Positions 23,101 through 34,881 of a stretch of 64,000 nt of DNA are shown here, in pieces. Position 1 is the first letter of the stretch. Every line of letters starts with the position of its first letter. The translations under genes were made by a program, and so were the position numbers. The notes under the pieces are model-generated. The model saw only the letters and a list, made by a program, of their open reading frames with translations. It was not told where the DNA came from and ran no database searches. Origin of the DNA: Macrostomum lignano (lineage: Eukaryota); contig NIVC01000166.1 of NCBI GenBank assembly GCA_002269645.1, positions 186,001 through 250,000 of the forward strand, written 5' to 3'.

Positions 23101-24558
23101 CCCAGGAAGTTGATGAGATCCAGTCCGACAATTGCTTTCAGGCGATCCTGCGTGACGAACAAATTCGCTTCGACTGAACGATCTAGGAGCCTCACATTTG
23201 CTGTGATACAACCAAGGACGTCCGATATGCTAGAGTTGTCGTAATTCACAAGAGAAGAGGATATCGGCTTGATTTTGCACTCTGGCCAAATGCGCTTGAG
23301 GTCGGACTTTCGGATAGTCGATACTTCGGCAGCCGTGTCGAGAAGAGCGCTGTAGCTGCCTCTCTTGCCTACAAGGGTGACTTCGACGGACGGCGCCTCG
23401 TGTCTGCTGACCAGTCTCACCTTCTCGCGGACATGGTTGACGCTCTTCTTCTGGGTTCTCCTCTGGGATATTATACACTGCGCTGCAAAATGGTTAGGTT
23501 TGCCACATCCTTTGCACAATTTTCCAAGGGCTGGACACTTTGGGTCACGATAGAGATGAGTGTTGGATCCGCAACCCATGCACTGCTTATTATGTTGTTT
23601 TCCCTTGTCAAAGCGTGCGGGTGGGGCACCGGCATCTGCTTTCCGTCGACGTGGCGGCCCACTTTTAGAGCTCGGCTGGCTTTGCACTTGCTGAACTGGG
23701 GCTGGAGCGCCGCTTCGGATTATCTGGCCGGTCTCGGTGGCTGCTTCATCGGCCCGCATAGCGGTCAGAAACGTCTGCAGATCGATGGCTTGCTCAGTTA
23801 ATAGCTTCTCCTGGGTGCTCTTTGACGCGCAGCCGATGACAAGCTGCATTGCCAGTTGGCGGTCTTCGCCGGCTCCGTACTCGCAGTCCGTGATTAGCGT
23901 GCGAAGGGCAGTAAAGTAGTCATTTACCGACTCGCCCGTTTCTTGCTTGCGGCGTCGAAACTCATATTCGGCTCGGACGGGGTTTTTCGCCGTGAAAATA
24001 TTGGCTTCAGCTCATCGACATACTCTGTGAAGCTGGAGTTCTCTTTGTCCTTCACGCAGTGTGCGTAGAGAATTCGTCTTCCTTCAGACCCCAAAGACGT
24101 ACGCAGAAATGCTTTCTTAAAAGCCTCCGAGAGCTGTGTGCCTGTTGTCGTCTCTGTAAGGTAGTAGAAATCCGATACCTCTCTTTGCCAGATGTCCCAC
24201 TTGGTTGTCGGATCGCCAGGTAGCTCCAGAAACTTGGACGGTTGTGGTATTGAGACGCGGATTGCTTGGTGATTCGTCGTCGAGGCCAATGGTTCTTGGC
24301 TCGTATTCGGCTTTCCTACCGACGGTGGCGTCTTTGGCGGCATCGGTTCGCAAATCCTCGTCGCCAATTGATGTGTTTGGAAATGAAATCGTAGTGTTTT
24401 TTCGTAAAGTAATTTGTATATTTATTTTCACTCCGAAGAGTGGAATCGTAGGCAAGCGCAGTTCTGAGAAAACAAAGTTCGTCTGGGCCGTCTCTCTTTC
24501 TAGAGAGCAAACGTTAGGAGGTTAGGCCATAGATGTGCTTCGACTAAACCACACATCA
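20133..24558 (-). mobile_element. Full-length Ty3/Gypsy LTR retrotransposon, Mag-like
   Basis: 190-bp LTRs at 20133-20322 and 24369-24558 with TGATGTGT...ACACATCA ends and one mismatch seen. 5-bp TSD ATATC. PBS TGGCGACGAGGAT matches a tRNA-Ser(GCU)-type 3' end. PPT is GAGGAGGGGGAAGA. Two Gag CCHC knuckles; domain order PR-RT-RH-IN. Confidence 0.95.
20352..24343 (-). pseudogene. gag-pol of the LTR element, with one frameshift (~23995) and one in-frame TAA (22139-22137)
   Basis: Motifs: protease LLDTAA, RT YIDDIL, RNase H TTDAS, integrase HHCC and D-D-E (AIDIS, VSDNG, KVEVFN). Changing frame near 23995 restores 'TAKNPVRAEYEFRRRKQETGES'. The frame continues in phase after the stop (KAFERVKSLL). 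Confidence 0.9.
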
Positions 24559-26691
24559 ATATCTATATCTTCTCAACGCAACTTGAAATTAAGACATGAG
24601 ATATGACAGTTGCTACGTGTAGATGTAAACCCAAATTTCTTCCCACATATCTAGTATCGCACCCAGTGGTACTATTAATTTGCTATTAAAAATTCGAAAC
24701 ACTGCACGTACATACGTAAATAAGCCGCGAATTTTCCCTCCCTCATTTATAAACAGCAACGCTAAAAGTAGCGCCTTTAATTACAAGCCTTTGAGGGCCA
24801 AATTTGGCTTCCGAAACTCACTAGATCCTTATAAGCAGAGATTTTAGATTTTTCTTAGCTCTGAGTAACCTACCATACCATCAGAAATATATCTTGCTAA
24901 AACTAAAACGCTAATATTAGTAGTAAGTAGTATAACAATAACATTGGTTGGTGCCCGTGAGTCGTGGGTGGACATCGGTAAAAAATTACAAGTTAAACGG
25001 TAATTTAAATTTAATGTTGGCAAGCCTGCAGAAAATCTTAAAGCAAATCATAAAAGCAGTAGCATCTGAAACCAGTTATTTACTCCCGCGACTATCTGTT
25101 TTTTAAGTTTGAACACCTCAGCAGCCCGAGATTCTTTATATGCATAGCAAATTTGTTTTAACCGTAAAACAATTTTAAATGCTGTTAATTACTTCGAAGA
25201 AAATGTACAAATCATCATCATGATTTTTGCAGCAGGTGCACCATTCACGTTAGCATTACATGAGTTTTTTGGACAGGGCTCTTATTTGTGCGAAATCGTT
25301 TTAAACTGTTGTGTTTAATTATTAGAACCAAAAATTGAAACCTCAACATAAACATTTTTTAGTTTAAAAAAACAAATCGAAATATTTAAAGGTCATGACT
25401 TTAAGCTCTAAAGAGTTGGGTAATTTGATGAGGTAAGTACTTATGATTTTATATCATTATTATAGCTTGTTTTAGTGTATACTTTAGTAATTGCCCTCCA
25501 TAAGCATTTTTAAAACTATTCTCACTGACATGTGACAGAAATCACTGAGGGTGAGAGCAGTTTTAAAAATCTGGTATGTGGTCTCCTTAGACCTTTTTCT
25601 CCTTATCCAGTTCTTATTTTTCCTTAAACTTTCATTGAACTTGGGGATTTTTAATGTCTAAATCTTCTTATTTTCAGCCAATTAAGAATCTAATTCCCTT
25701 TTATAATTAGTTATATTAAGATATTTAATGCCCTGCTAAACAAATTGCAACCTTAATGAATTGTTTACAAAGCAATTCAATGTGTTGGGTATTGTTATTG
25801 GCTATTGGATCAATTCACTAAAGTCATATCAATTTGGCCTATGATTAAAAATGTGCAAGCTGTGCCAATCCCCATGCTAGTCAGCTCAACAGGTGCAGTA
25901 TAAAGTAGCTACTCAGTTAATCAACTTTAGGCCTATGTTAGATACATGCAAATTCAGTGACAAACAAATTTGGCTACAGAAATTTAACATAAAAATTTTT
26001 GGCAAAAGCAAATTTGGTAACAATCTAGGCAAATTTAGCAAACATCTCTTTATAGCTAAGACATTTTAAAGCAAATTACAATTAATAAAGGCTTCTTAAA
26101 ATGCTTGTAAAAGTTTATAAATGTAAAATAATTGTCACATAAGGGTGTCAAAATAACTAAAAAGTGTTTTGTTACATAGGACATCTCGCATATTCAAGAA
26201 TGTGGTATGTAGTATATGTGAGCCATAGTCAGGATGATGTACATTAAGCTGGAAATTTCTGGCATACAATTGAAAATTGTACTTTTTTTGGTGTACAATT
26301 GGCGTAAAAAAATGAGGCAAAATATATTTGGCGTACCTTTTGGCGTGACACCGTGGCGTAAATACGCCAAGCAGTGTACACCCAGGATGAAATTCTTGCA
26401 CGAAAATTGCAACGTGTTTTTGTTTTCAGGAAAAAAATTGCAAAAAATTGCGCACCTGTACGGGCTAAAAAAATGGGACAAAAATTGCGAATTATTTTGC
26501 AACTGTTTGCACAGTTTAAATTTATAAATTATTGACTTTACTGTATTAAATCTAGAATTACTACAAAAGTGTAACATTTATAGTTTGTTATTTACGAACT
26601 GTTCAAATTTAAAATTCTCTACTTAAAAAAACAAAGATAATCAGTTTAATATTTATTGTAACGAGTCATCAAAAAATGCAAGTATGCACTT

Positions 26692-27159
26692 CACCAATTT
26701 TGAAGAAACTGCACACAAACTTGCACCAATATCTATATATAACATTGATGAATTTTCATAAAAAATCTCCATGCAATTAGAAATAACAAGCTGAGTTGTC
26801 CAACACCTTCAGAGCAAATGGACAGCTCTCACATTGACTTCTTTAACTGGCACAGTGCAGCTCGTGCAGCATCACCGACCAGTCATGTGAGTCAGCCAGT
26901 CATTCAAGAATAAATGATAGAATTCTTGTCAAGTTCATTCACTTTTCTGCTTGTGACACTTGCCTATTCAGTTGGTGATGCTGCACGAGCTGCACTGTGC
27001 CAGTTAAAGAAGTCAATGTGAGAGCTGTCCATTTGCTCTGAAGGTGTTGGACAACTTAGCTTGTTATTTCTAATTGCATGGAGATTTTTTTATGAAAATT
27101 CATCAATGTTGTGTGCAGATATTGGTGCAAGTTTGTGTGCAGTTTCTTCAAAATTGGTG
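26692..27159. mobile_element. Fold-back / MITE-like element with ~185-bp near-perfect inverted arms
   Basis: 26692-26876 is the reverse complement of 26974-27159 (for example gcacagtgcagctcgtgcagcatcacc / ggtgatgctgcacgagctgcactgtgc). Spacer is about 97 bp. No TSD recognised. Confidence 0.85.
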
Positions 27160-27773
27160 CCAGTTCGTAGGAGTAATTCAGTGATACAGAGAACTTTTGG
27201 AATGACCCTTGTATTCTATAATATATGTAGGTTTCTTGAAAAATATTTATCTTAGATATATATATATATATCTAGAGACTAGAGAGGCATTTAGCCTAAA
27301 AGTATAATTATATATTTTATTAAAAATGTATGTATATTTATAGCTAATGCTTTAATAATATTAAAAACAATATTTTGCTAGCCAATAGCTTTTATGTCTA
27401 GTTTCTTTTTTATTATAGAACCATGTCTATCTTACATACATGCGCAACTGCTGGCCGACCTGGCCGATCTGGCCACTGTAAATTGTGGTGGACCAGGGGT
27501 AAGTCGCAAAAATGCCCAACCTAAAGAATACAGACGGAGTACTAATTAGATGACGAGGCATTTAGCCCTAATAAGACAGTCATAGTTACTCCTGCCGTTT
27601 ACCCAAAATTGCGTTAAGGTTTCTTGTACAGGTAAGTCGCATTTTTGGTCGAAAAGTAAGTCGCATGGCCAGTGTAAATCAGGGGGGTTGCGCATGTATG
27701 TCTTAGATAGCAATAAAGATAACCAAGCCAATTTCACTTGGATTCAAAATTTCATTTCTTAAAGTTTGCAAAA

Positions 27774-28110
27774 GGGGGTTGTAGCCTAGAGGTCAAAGTG
27801 TTAGACTTATGACTAAAAGGTTAGGGGTTAAATTCCTGAATCTTACTAGAACAATTTGTCCTTGAGCAAGACACTCAACTCTGCATTGCTTTAGTTCACC
27901 CAGCTATAAAATGGGTGCTAGCATTAGCTGGGATAATTGAGGGTGTGTGTGGCAACCCCCTAGTCCTTGGACTGAACAGCTATATATAGCCTTCAGATGT
28001 GCCATGCAATAGCTATGGCTAAGCTGTTGGTTGCACATCTGCTTATTATGGCAGATATAATCAATTATTATAATTGTTATTATTATTATTATTATTAATA
28101 TTATTATTGT
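27774..28110 (+). mobile_element. tRNA-derived CORE-like SINE, full length with (TTA)n tail
   Basis: A-box-like TAGCCTAGAGG and a degenerate B box, followed by the central block ccttgagcaagacactcaac...cagctataaaatggg and an ATT-rich tail. Confidence 0.75.
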
Positions 28111-28311
28111 TAATATTGCAATATAGAACTTATAAAGGTTGAATTTAGCCAAAATAGTAATTAAAAAATATAGTATCAAAGTAACAATCTTTAAATTTTT
28201 CTAAGATTTCTTAGTTGAATATTCCTAACTACATATTGTGTAATACTAGTGCCAATGTGAAAGGAAAATAAAATTATTTAAAAAAATTTTCTTTCTTCAC
28301 AAAACTTTTAG

Positions 28312-31300
28312 CCTGCTTACTTTGGACCAGTGTGCCAATAATACTTTTGAAAACATTGGTCAGCAAGTGCAGAAGTATTTTACTAAACAAGATGGATTCA
28401 AGGTTGGCACTGCTTTGGTAAGTAGAAGAATGCTTCATATGCCATTTTTTATATTTTAATAGTAGAATTTGAGTTCAATTGTTAAAGGCAGGTGGGTGAA
28501 AGGTTGTGAAGGGAGGTGGGTAAAGGGAGGTGGATGAAGGGAGATGGAATGATGGATGAAGGGTGGAGGGTAAAGGGAGGTGGGTGAAGGGAGGTGGGTG
28601 AATGGAGGTGGTAAAGGGAGGTGGGTGAAAGGAGGTGGTAAATGGAGGTGTTAAGGGGAGGTAGGTGAAGGGAGGTGGTGAAGGGAGGTGGGTGAAAGGA
28701 GGTGGTGAAGGAAGGTGGGGGAAGGGAGGTGGTGAAGGGAGGTGGGTGAAAGGAGGTGGTGAATGGAGGTGTTGAAGGGAGGTAGGTGAAGGGAGGTGGT
28801 GAAGGGAGGTGGGGGAAGGGAGGTGGGGGAAGGGAGGTGGTGAAGGGAGGTGGGTGAAAGGAGGTGGTGAAGGGAGGTGGGTGAAAGGAGGTGGTAAAGG
28901 GAGGTAGGTAAAGGGAGGTGGTGAAAAGAGGTGGGTGAAAGGTGGTGAAGGGAGGTGGGTGAATGGAGGTGGTGAAGGGAGGTAGGTAAAGGGAGGTGGT
29001 GAAAAGAGGTGGGTGAAAGAAGGTGGGGGAAGGGAGGTGGTGAAGGGAGGTGGGTGAATGGAGGTGGTGAAGGGAGGTAGGTAAAGGGAGGTGGTGAAAA
29101 GAGGTGGGTGAAAGAAGGTGGGGGAAGGGAGGTGGTGAAGGGAGGTGGTGAAGGGAGGTGGTGAAGGGAGGTGGGTGAAAGGAGGTGGTGAATGGAGGTG
29201 TTGAAGGGAGGTAGGTGAAGGGAGGTGGTGAAGGGAGGTGGGGGAAGGGAGGTGGGGGAAGGGAGGTGGTGAAGGGAGGTGGGTGAAAGGAGGTGGTGAA
29301 GGGAGGTGGGTGAAAGGAGGTGGTAAAGGGAGGTAGGTAAAGGGAGGTGGTGAAAAGAGGTGGGTGAAAGGTGGTGAAGGGAGGTGGGTGAATGGAGGTG
29401 GTGAAGGGAGGTAGGTAAAGGGAGGTAGGTAAAGGGAGGTGGTGAAAAGAGGTGGGTGAAAGGTGGTGAAGGGAGGTGGGTGAATGGAGGTGGTGAAGGG
29501 AGGTAGGTAAAGGGAGGTGGTGAAAAGAGGTGGGTGAAAGGAGCTGGGGGAAGGGAGGTGGGTGAACGGAAGTGAGGTTAAAAATGAACACCGACAGTTT
29601 TTGCATTCTCATCTCGCATTCGCTTCGGCAGGTGTTGCTCCTGCAGAACCCCGATCTGCTGCCTAATCGGATGCAACAGCTGGTGGCTCTCTACCTGCTC
29701 TGGGAGTTGACCCGAGTTGACCCGCCCAATGTGAACCCATTTCAACCCGCGTTTGTTTACGCCATGCGATCGGACGAGAACGATACGAGGCATTTTCGCG
29801 TTCCCTGCCTGCCGCTGCAGGAGCGCGTGTTATTGTACAGCCTGCTGCAGAGCACCCACGCCAGCGGCCAGCCTTCTAGGGAACTCTTGAAGAAAACCCC
29901 TCAGCAGGTTTGTAAAACTGTTGGTGTCTGTCATCTTGAAATGCACGAGTCAGTGTTTCATTAATCATTACGAGGCAATAAATCAGCCTCAAACCTAAAT
30001 AAATCATATATCTGCAACCAAAAATCATCATTCAGAAACCATAAATCATCATTCAGAAACCATAAATCATCATTCAGAAACCATAAATCATCATTCAAAA
30101 ACCATAAATCATCATTCAAAAACCATAAATCATCATTCAGAAACCATAAATCATCATTCAAAAACCATAAATCATCATTCAGAAACCATAAATCATCACT
30201 CAAAAACCATAAATCATCATTCAGAAACCATAAATCATCATTCAGAAACCATAAATCATCATTCAAAAACCATAAATCATCATTCAGAAACCATAAATCA
30301 TCACTCAAAAACCATAAATCATCATTCAGAAACCATAAATAATCATTCAAAAACCATAAATCATCATTCAAAAACCATAAATCATCATTCAGAAACCATA
30401 AATCATCATTCAAAAACCATAAATCATCATTCAGAACCATAAATCGTCATTAAAAAGCCATAAATCATCCTTCAGAAACCATAAATCATCATTCAGACGC
30501 TATAAATTATCCCCAAATCACCGCAGATAGCCAACAGTGTATTCCCGCCCAACGTGATTCCCAGCGAGCTGGACCTGAGTTTCCTAGAAAGCCCATACGC
30601 GGAGCGGGCCAAGGAGATGCCGGTGGTGAGTCGGGTTGCTATGCCGTGCGTCCTGTCCGATCCCGAGCGCCGTCTGGCCTCGATGGAATCTTACAGCGGC
30701 TCGGGCAGCTCTGCGGAGGCCCAGCGCCAGGTGCTGGACTCGCTGCTCACCGGTGATCAGGCAGCTGTCCGATCTCACCTGCGGCCGGAGTTTCTCCTGC
30801 TAGCGCCGCCGCTGCACAGCGTCGGGATCGAGGACGAGCTCGTGTGGATGTCGCCGACTGGCCTTGAGCACACCGCTCAGTGGGACGCCTCTATGTGCCA
30901 GAGCGGCTCTTCCGGGGGTGAGTGACATTTGAAGGTCAAACTAGTTATTTTCTAAGCTGCTAAAATGCTACAGGTGTCGAATCTCACCCAACATCACCTG
31001 AGAATCTCACCCAACCCCACCTGAGAATCTCATCCAACCCTATCTGAGAATCTCACCAGAATCTCACCCAATCCCACGTGAGAATCTCACCCAACCCCAT
31101 CTGAGAATCTCACCCAACCCCATCTGAGAATCTCACCCAACCCCATCTGAGAATCTCACCCAACCCCATCTGAGAATCTCACCCAACCCCATCTGAGAAT
31201 CTCACCCAATCCCCACGTGAGAATCTCACCCAACCCCATCTGAGAATCTCACCCAACCCCATCTGAGAATCTCACCCAACCTCGTCTAATCTCACCCAAC

Positions 31301-32001
31301 CCCACCTGTGAATCTCACCCAACCTCACCTGAGAATCTCACCCAACCCCTATCCTCCCAGCCGAGACCCGGAAGCTGATGGTGCGGGCCTTCAAGCAGAC
31401 TCTGCAACAGTCGCAGATTCGCCAGCTAAACGAGGCCATCTCCCAGGATCCCAAGCTGATCAGCCTAAGCGGCATGTCTCCATCCCGGCTGCCCGAACTG
31501 GTTGAGCACAATCCCCTGGTTGCTATCGAGGTGCTGCTCACCTTGATGAAGGCCAGCTCGCCCCAAGTCACAGACTATTTCTCTGTCCTAGTGAACATGG
31601 AGATGTCCCTGCACAGCATGGAGGTTGTCAACCGCCTGACAACCAGTGTTGAACTGCCTGCGGAGTTCATCCACCTGTACATCAGCAACTGCATATCGTC
31701 GTGCGAGTCAACCAAGGACAAGTACATGCAGAACAGGCTGGTCAGGCTGGTGTGCGTGTTCCTGCAGTCGCTGATCCGCAATAAGATTATTGACGTCAAG
31801 AATATCTACATCGAGGTGCAGGCTTTCTGCATCGAGTTCAACCGCATCCGGGAGGCTGCTGGCTTGTTCCGGCTGCTAAAATCCTTGGAGTCCAGCGATG
31901 GCAGCGTCGACTCCGCCGCCGCTTCTGCCGCTCTGGCTGCTGGCGGCGGCGGCCCGGGTTCGAATCCGCCTAGCGCCGCCACCACGCCTTCGAAGCCGTA
32001 G
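28312..32001 (+). CDS. CNOT11: CCR4-NOT subunit 11 (C2orf29-like); first coding exon not located
   Basis: Exons 28312-28417, 29632-29907, 30527-30917 and 31361-32001 join in frame. They read [18 protein letters not shown]...ALYLLWE...NPF, ELLKKTP, DELVWM...QWDASMC and [13 protein letters not shown]...[14 protein letters not shown]...[21 protein letters not shown]...FCIEF, all recognisable CNOT11 motifs. Confidence 0.93.
28485..29575. repeat. G-rich purine satellite (GGAGGTGGTGAAG / GGAGGTGGGTGAA variants) in a CNOT11 intron
   Basis: Directly visible; the + strand is almost free of C for about 1.1 kb. Confidence 0.95.
30015..30500. repeat. 21-bp satellite (AAACCATAAATCATCATTCAG) in a CNOT11 intron
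   Basis: More than 20 tandem units visible. Confidence 0.95.
30985..31350. repeat. 23-bp satellite (CTGAGAATCTCACCCAACCCCAT) in a CNOT11 intron
   Basis: About 15 tandem units visible. Confidence 0.95.
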
Positions 32002-32094
32002 GCTGTATGTTTGGGGGACTCTGGGCGGAACATGTTTTTTGTTGTTTATTATTTCACTTACCTAGTAAAACCTATAGGCCATAATAATAAGCTA

Positions 32095-32345
32095 AGCCAT
32101 TCTAAGAATCCTCCTGTAAACCATTTTCTAAGAATCTTCCTATAAATAAAACATTTTCTAATCGTCTCAACGAGCCATTTTCTAAGAATCGTCCCAATTA
32201 ACTATTTTCTAAGAGTCGTCCTATAAACCATTTTCTAAGAATTATCCCAATCTGCCATTTTCCAAAAATCTTCCTATAAGCCAGTTTCTAAGAATCGTCA
32301 TATAAACAGTTTTCTAGGAATCGCTCTATAAAAATTTTCTAAGAA
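32095..32345. repeat. Degenerate ~25-bp repeat (CCATTTTCTAAGAATC...)
   Basis: The TTTTCTAAGAATC core recurs about 9 times. Confidence 0.75.
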
Positions 32346-32864
32346 TCCTCCCTTGAGTTTCGAGTTGAAGTATCTCTGTTGTTTTCTCTGCTTTTGCATC
32401 TGTTAATGTTTGAGTTCAAAACCCCTGAATTAAAATGCATGTACCTGACACGGCATTTTGTAAGCATCTAGATACTTGAAGTAGTTAAGGTGTAACTAGG
32501 CTGTTAGTAATATAAATTAATTGTTATGATAGGTTCTGTCGTTCTATTTACTGCTTGACTTCTTTGCATTGCTGATTTGTATTTCTGAATGATAATAACG
32601 TTAAAACTTCTTCTAGTTTTACCCGTGTTCAACTCACTGTCTGTCTAAAATCTTGTTGTCTATTGCCCCATCCTGACTGTTGACATACTCCTTAGTACGA
32701 GTATTTTATAAGGAAAATTTAAAATAAACAATAAATCATCAGTGCAACATTGAGATTTGGTTTGTGTACATCTCCCTTATCGCCTCTAGTGTTTGTGAAA
32801 ACCTTATGAATATTTTTATTGTCGATTTTTTCTATCTAAAAGATTTTAACTTGGTGTGCCATCT

Positions 32865-33650
32865 AAGGGTGAGATTTCGGTTTGAGGCTGTACTATCTAT
32901 CTCAGGGTGAGATTTCGGTTTGAGGCTGTGCTATCTATCTCAGGGTGAGATTTCAGTTTGAGGCTGTACTATCTATCTCAGGGTAAGATTTCGGTTTGAG
33001 GCTGTGCTATCTATCTCAGGGTAAGATTTCGGTTTGAGGCTGTACTATCTATCTCAGGGTGAGATTTCTGTTTGAGGCTGTACTATCTATCTCAGGGTGA
33101 GATTTCAGTTTAAGGCTGTACTATCTATCTCAGGGTAAGATTTCGGTTTAAGGCTGTACTATCTATCTCAGGGTGAGATTTCGGTTTGAGGCTGTACTAT
33201 CTATCTCAGGGTGAGATTTCGGTTTGAGGCTGTACTATCTATCTCAGGGTGAGATTTCGGTTTAAGGCTGTACTATCTATCTCAGGGTGAGATTTCGGTT
33301 TGAGGCTGTACTATCTATCTCAGGGTGAGATTTCCGTTTGAGGCTGTACTATCTATTTCAGGGTGAGATTTCGGTTTGAGGCTGTGCTATCTATCTCAGG
33401 GTGAGATTTCGGTTTGAGGCTGTACTATCTATCTCAGGGTGAGATTTCGGTTTGAGGCTGTACTATCTATCTCAGGGTGAGATTTCGGTTTGAGGCTGTA
33501 CTATCTATCTCAGGGTGAGATTTCGGTTTGAGGCTGTACTATCTATCTCAGGGTGAGATTTCGGTTTGAGGCTGTACTATCTATCTCAGGGTGAGATTTC
33601 TGTTTGGGTCTGTACTATCTCAGGGTGAGACTTCCATTTGAGGTTGTTCT
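32865..33650. repeat. 38-bp satellite (CAGGGTGAGATTTCGGTTTGAGGCTGTACTATCTATCT)
   Basis: About 20 highly similar tandem units. Confidence 0.95.
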
Positions 33651-34264
33651 ATTTCAGATTTAAATCGTCTTTTGAAATCAATGTGATACGTATAGAAATA
33701 ATTTCTTTTTGTGATCCTTGTGTGATTTTGAATCTTGTTGATTTAATAGAGATTTTCTGCTTTGAGTCTATAAGTCTCATCAATTATTTCTCACGTGCTA
33801 CGTGACAAGCGCTGCGAAAGAAATCAACAAGTGTCAATTCAATAATTCACTGAGACGGACTTTTACTATGTTTTGAAAGACCTCAATGAAACATAGCGTG
33901 AAACATAAGAATATCCTTACAAATTCTGGACTTCTGTAATAGAACTGGAATGCTTGTTGGACAGACTAAAAACAATTGCTATAATAAAAAGCTCAGGCCG
34001 TTTAGTTCAAAATGTTGGTTTAGCCGCTTGGCTGAGGCATTGGGGTTGGAAATGAGGTAAAAAAACATTTTTTAGGAGCTTTAGAACTTATAGTGGTGAT
34101 ATTTTTCGGATTTTTTCTCAATAAATTCATTTGTGTTCTGTGTTAACTGGATCTTTATTCGCAATGATGCGATGCTTAGGGACCAGGGGGTGTCTAAAAC
34201 CACCTGAATTGCCCATGAGCGACAGGTGTAGAATTATAGGGTTTAGCTATCAGCTAATCAGCTA

Positions 34265-34826
34265 ACATCTGAAGATTTAGCCATCAACCCACACCTGAAG
34301 GTTTAGCCGTCAGCCCACACCTGAAGGTTCAGTCATCAACCCACACCTGAAGGTTTAGCCGTCAGCCCACACCTGAAGATTTAGCCATCAGCCCACACCT
34401 GAAGCATCTTAGGGTTCAGCCATCAACCCACACCTGAAGATTTAGCCATCAACCCACACCTGAAGATTTAGCCATCAACCCACACCTGAAGATTTAGCCA
34501 TCAACACACACCTGAGGTTCAACCATCGAACCACATCTGAAGGTTCAGCCATCAACCCACATCTGAAGGTTCAGCCATCAACCCACACCTGAAGGTTCAG
34601 CCATCAACCCACACCTGAAGGTTTAGCCATCAGCCAACACCTGAAGATTTAGCCATCAGCCCACATCTGAAGGTTTAGCCATCAGCCCAAACCTGAGGTT
34701 CAACCATCGAACCACATCTGAAGGTTCAGCCATCGACCCACATCTGAAGGTTTAGCCATCAGCCCAAACCTGAGGTTCAGCCATCAGCCCGCGCCTGAAG
34801 GTTTAGCCATCAACCCACACCTGAAG
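34265..34826. repeat. 26-bp satellite (AACCCACACCTGAAGGTTTAGCCATC)
   Basis: About 21 tandem units visible. Confidence 0.95.
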
Positions 34827-34881
34827 GAGCATACAAACAAAAACGAATTGGCACAGTTTCGCTTGCACAGCCAGTCGGCAG

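Noticed and set aside
23985-24005. Programmed ribosomal frameshift in gag
   Set aside because: It lies mid-capsid rather than at the gag/pol junction and has no XXXYYYZ slippery site; more likely a 1-bp deletion.
27774-27845. tRNA genes at the SINE heads
   Set aside because: A and B boxes are present, but there is no full cloverleaf and each continues into the SINE body.
28482-29612. 376-aa Pro/His/Thr-rich ORF
   Set aside because: It is the reverse translation of the G-rich intronic satellite.
29961-30440. (NDDLWFL)n ORF
   Set aside because: It is the translation of the 21-bp intronic satellite on the antisense strand.
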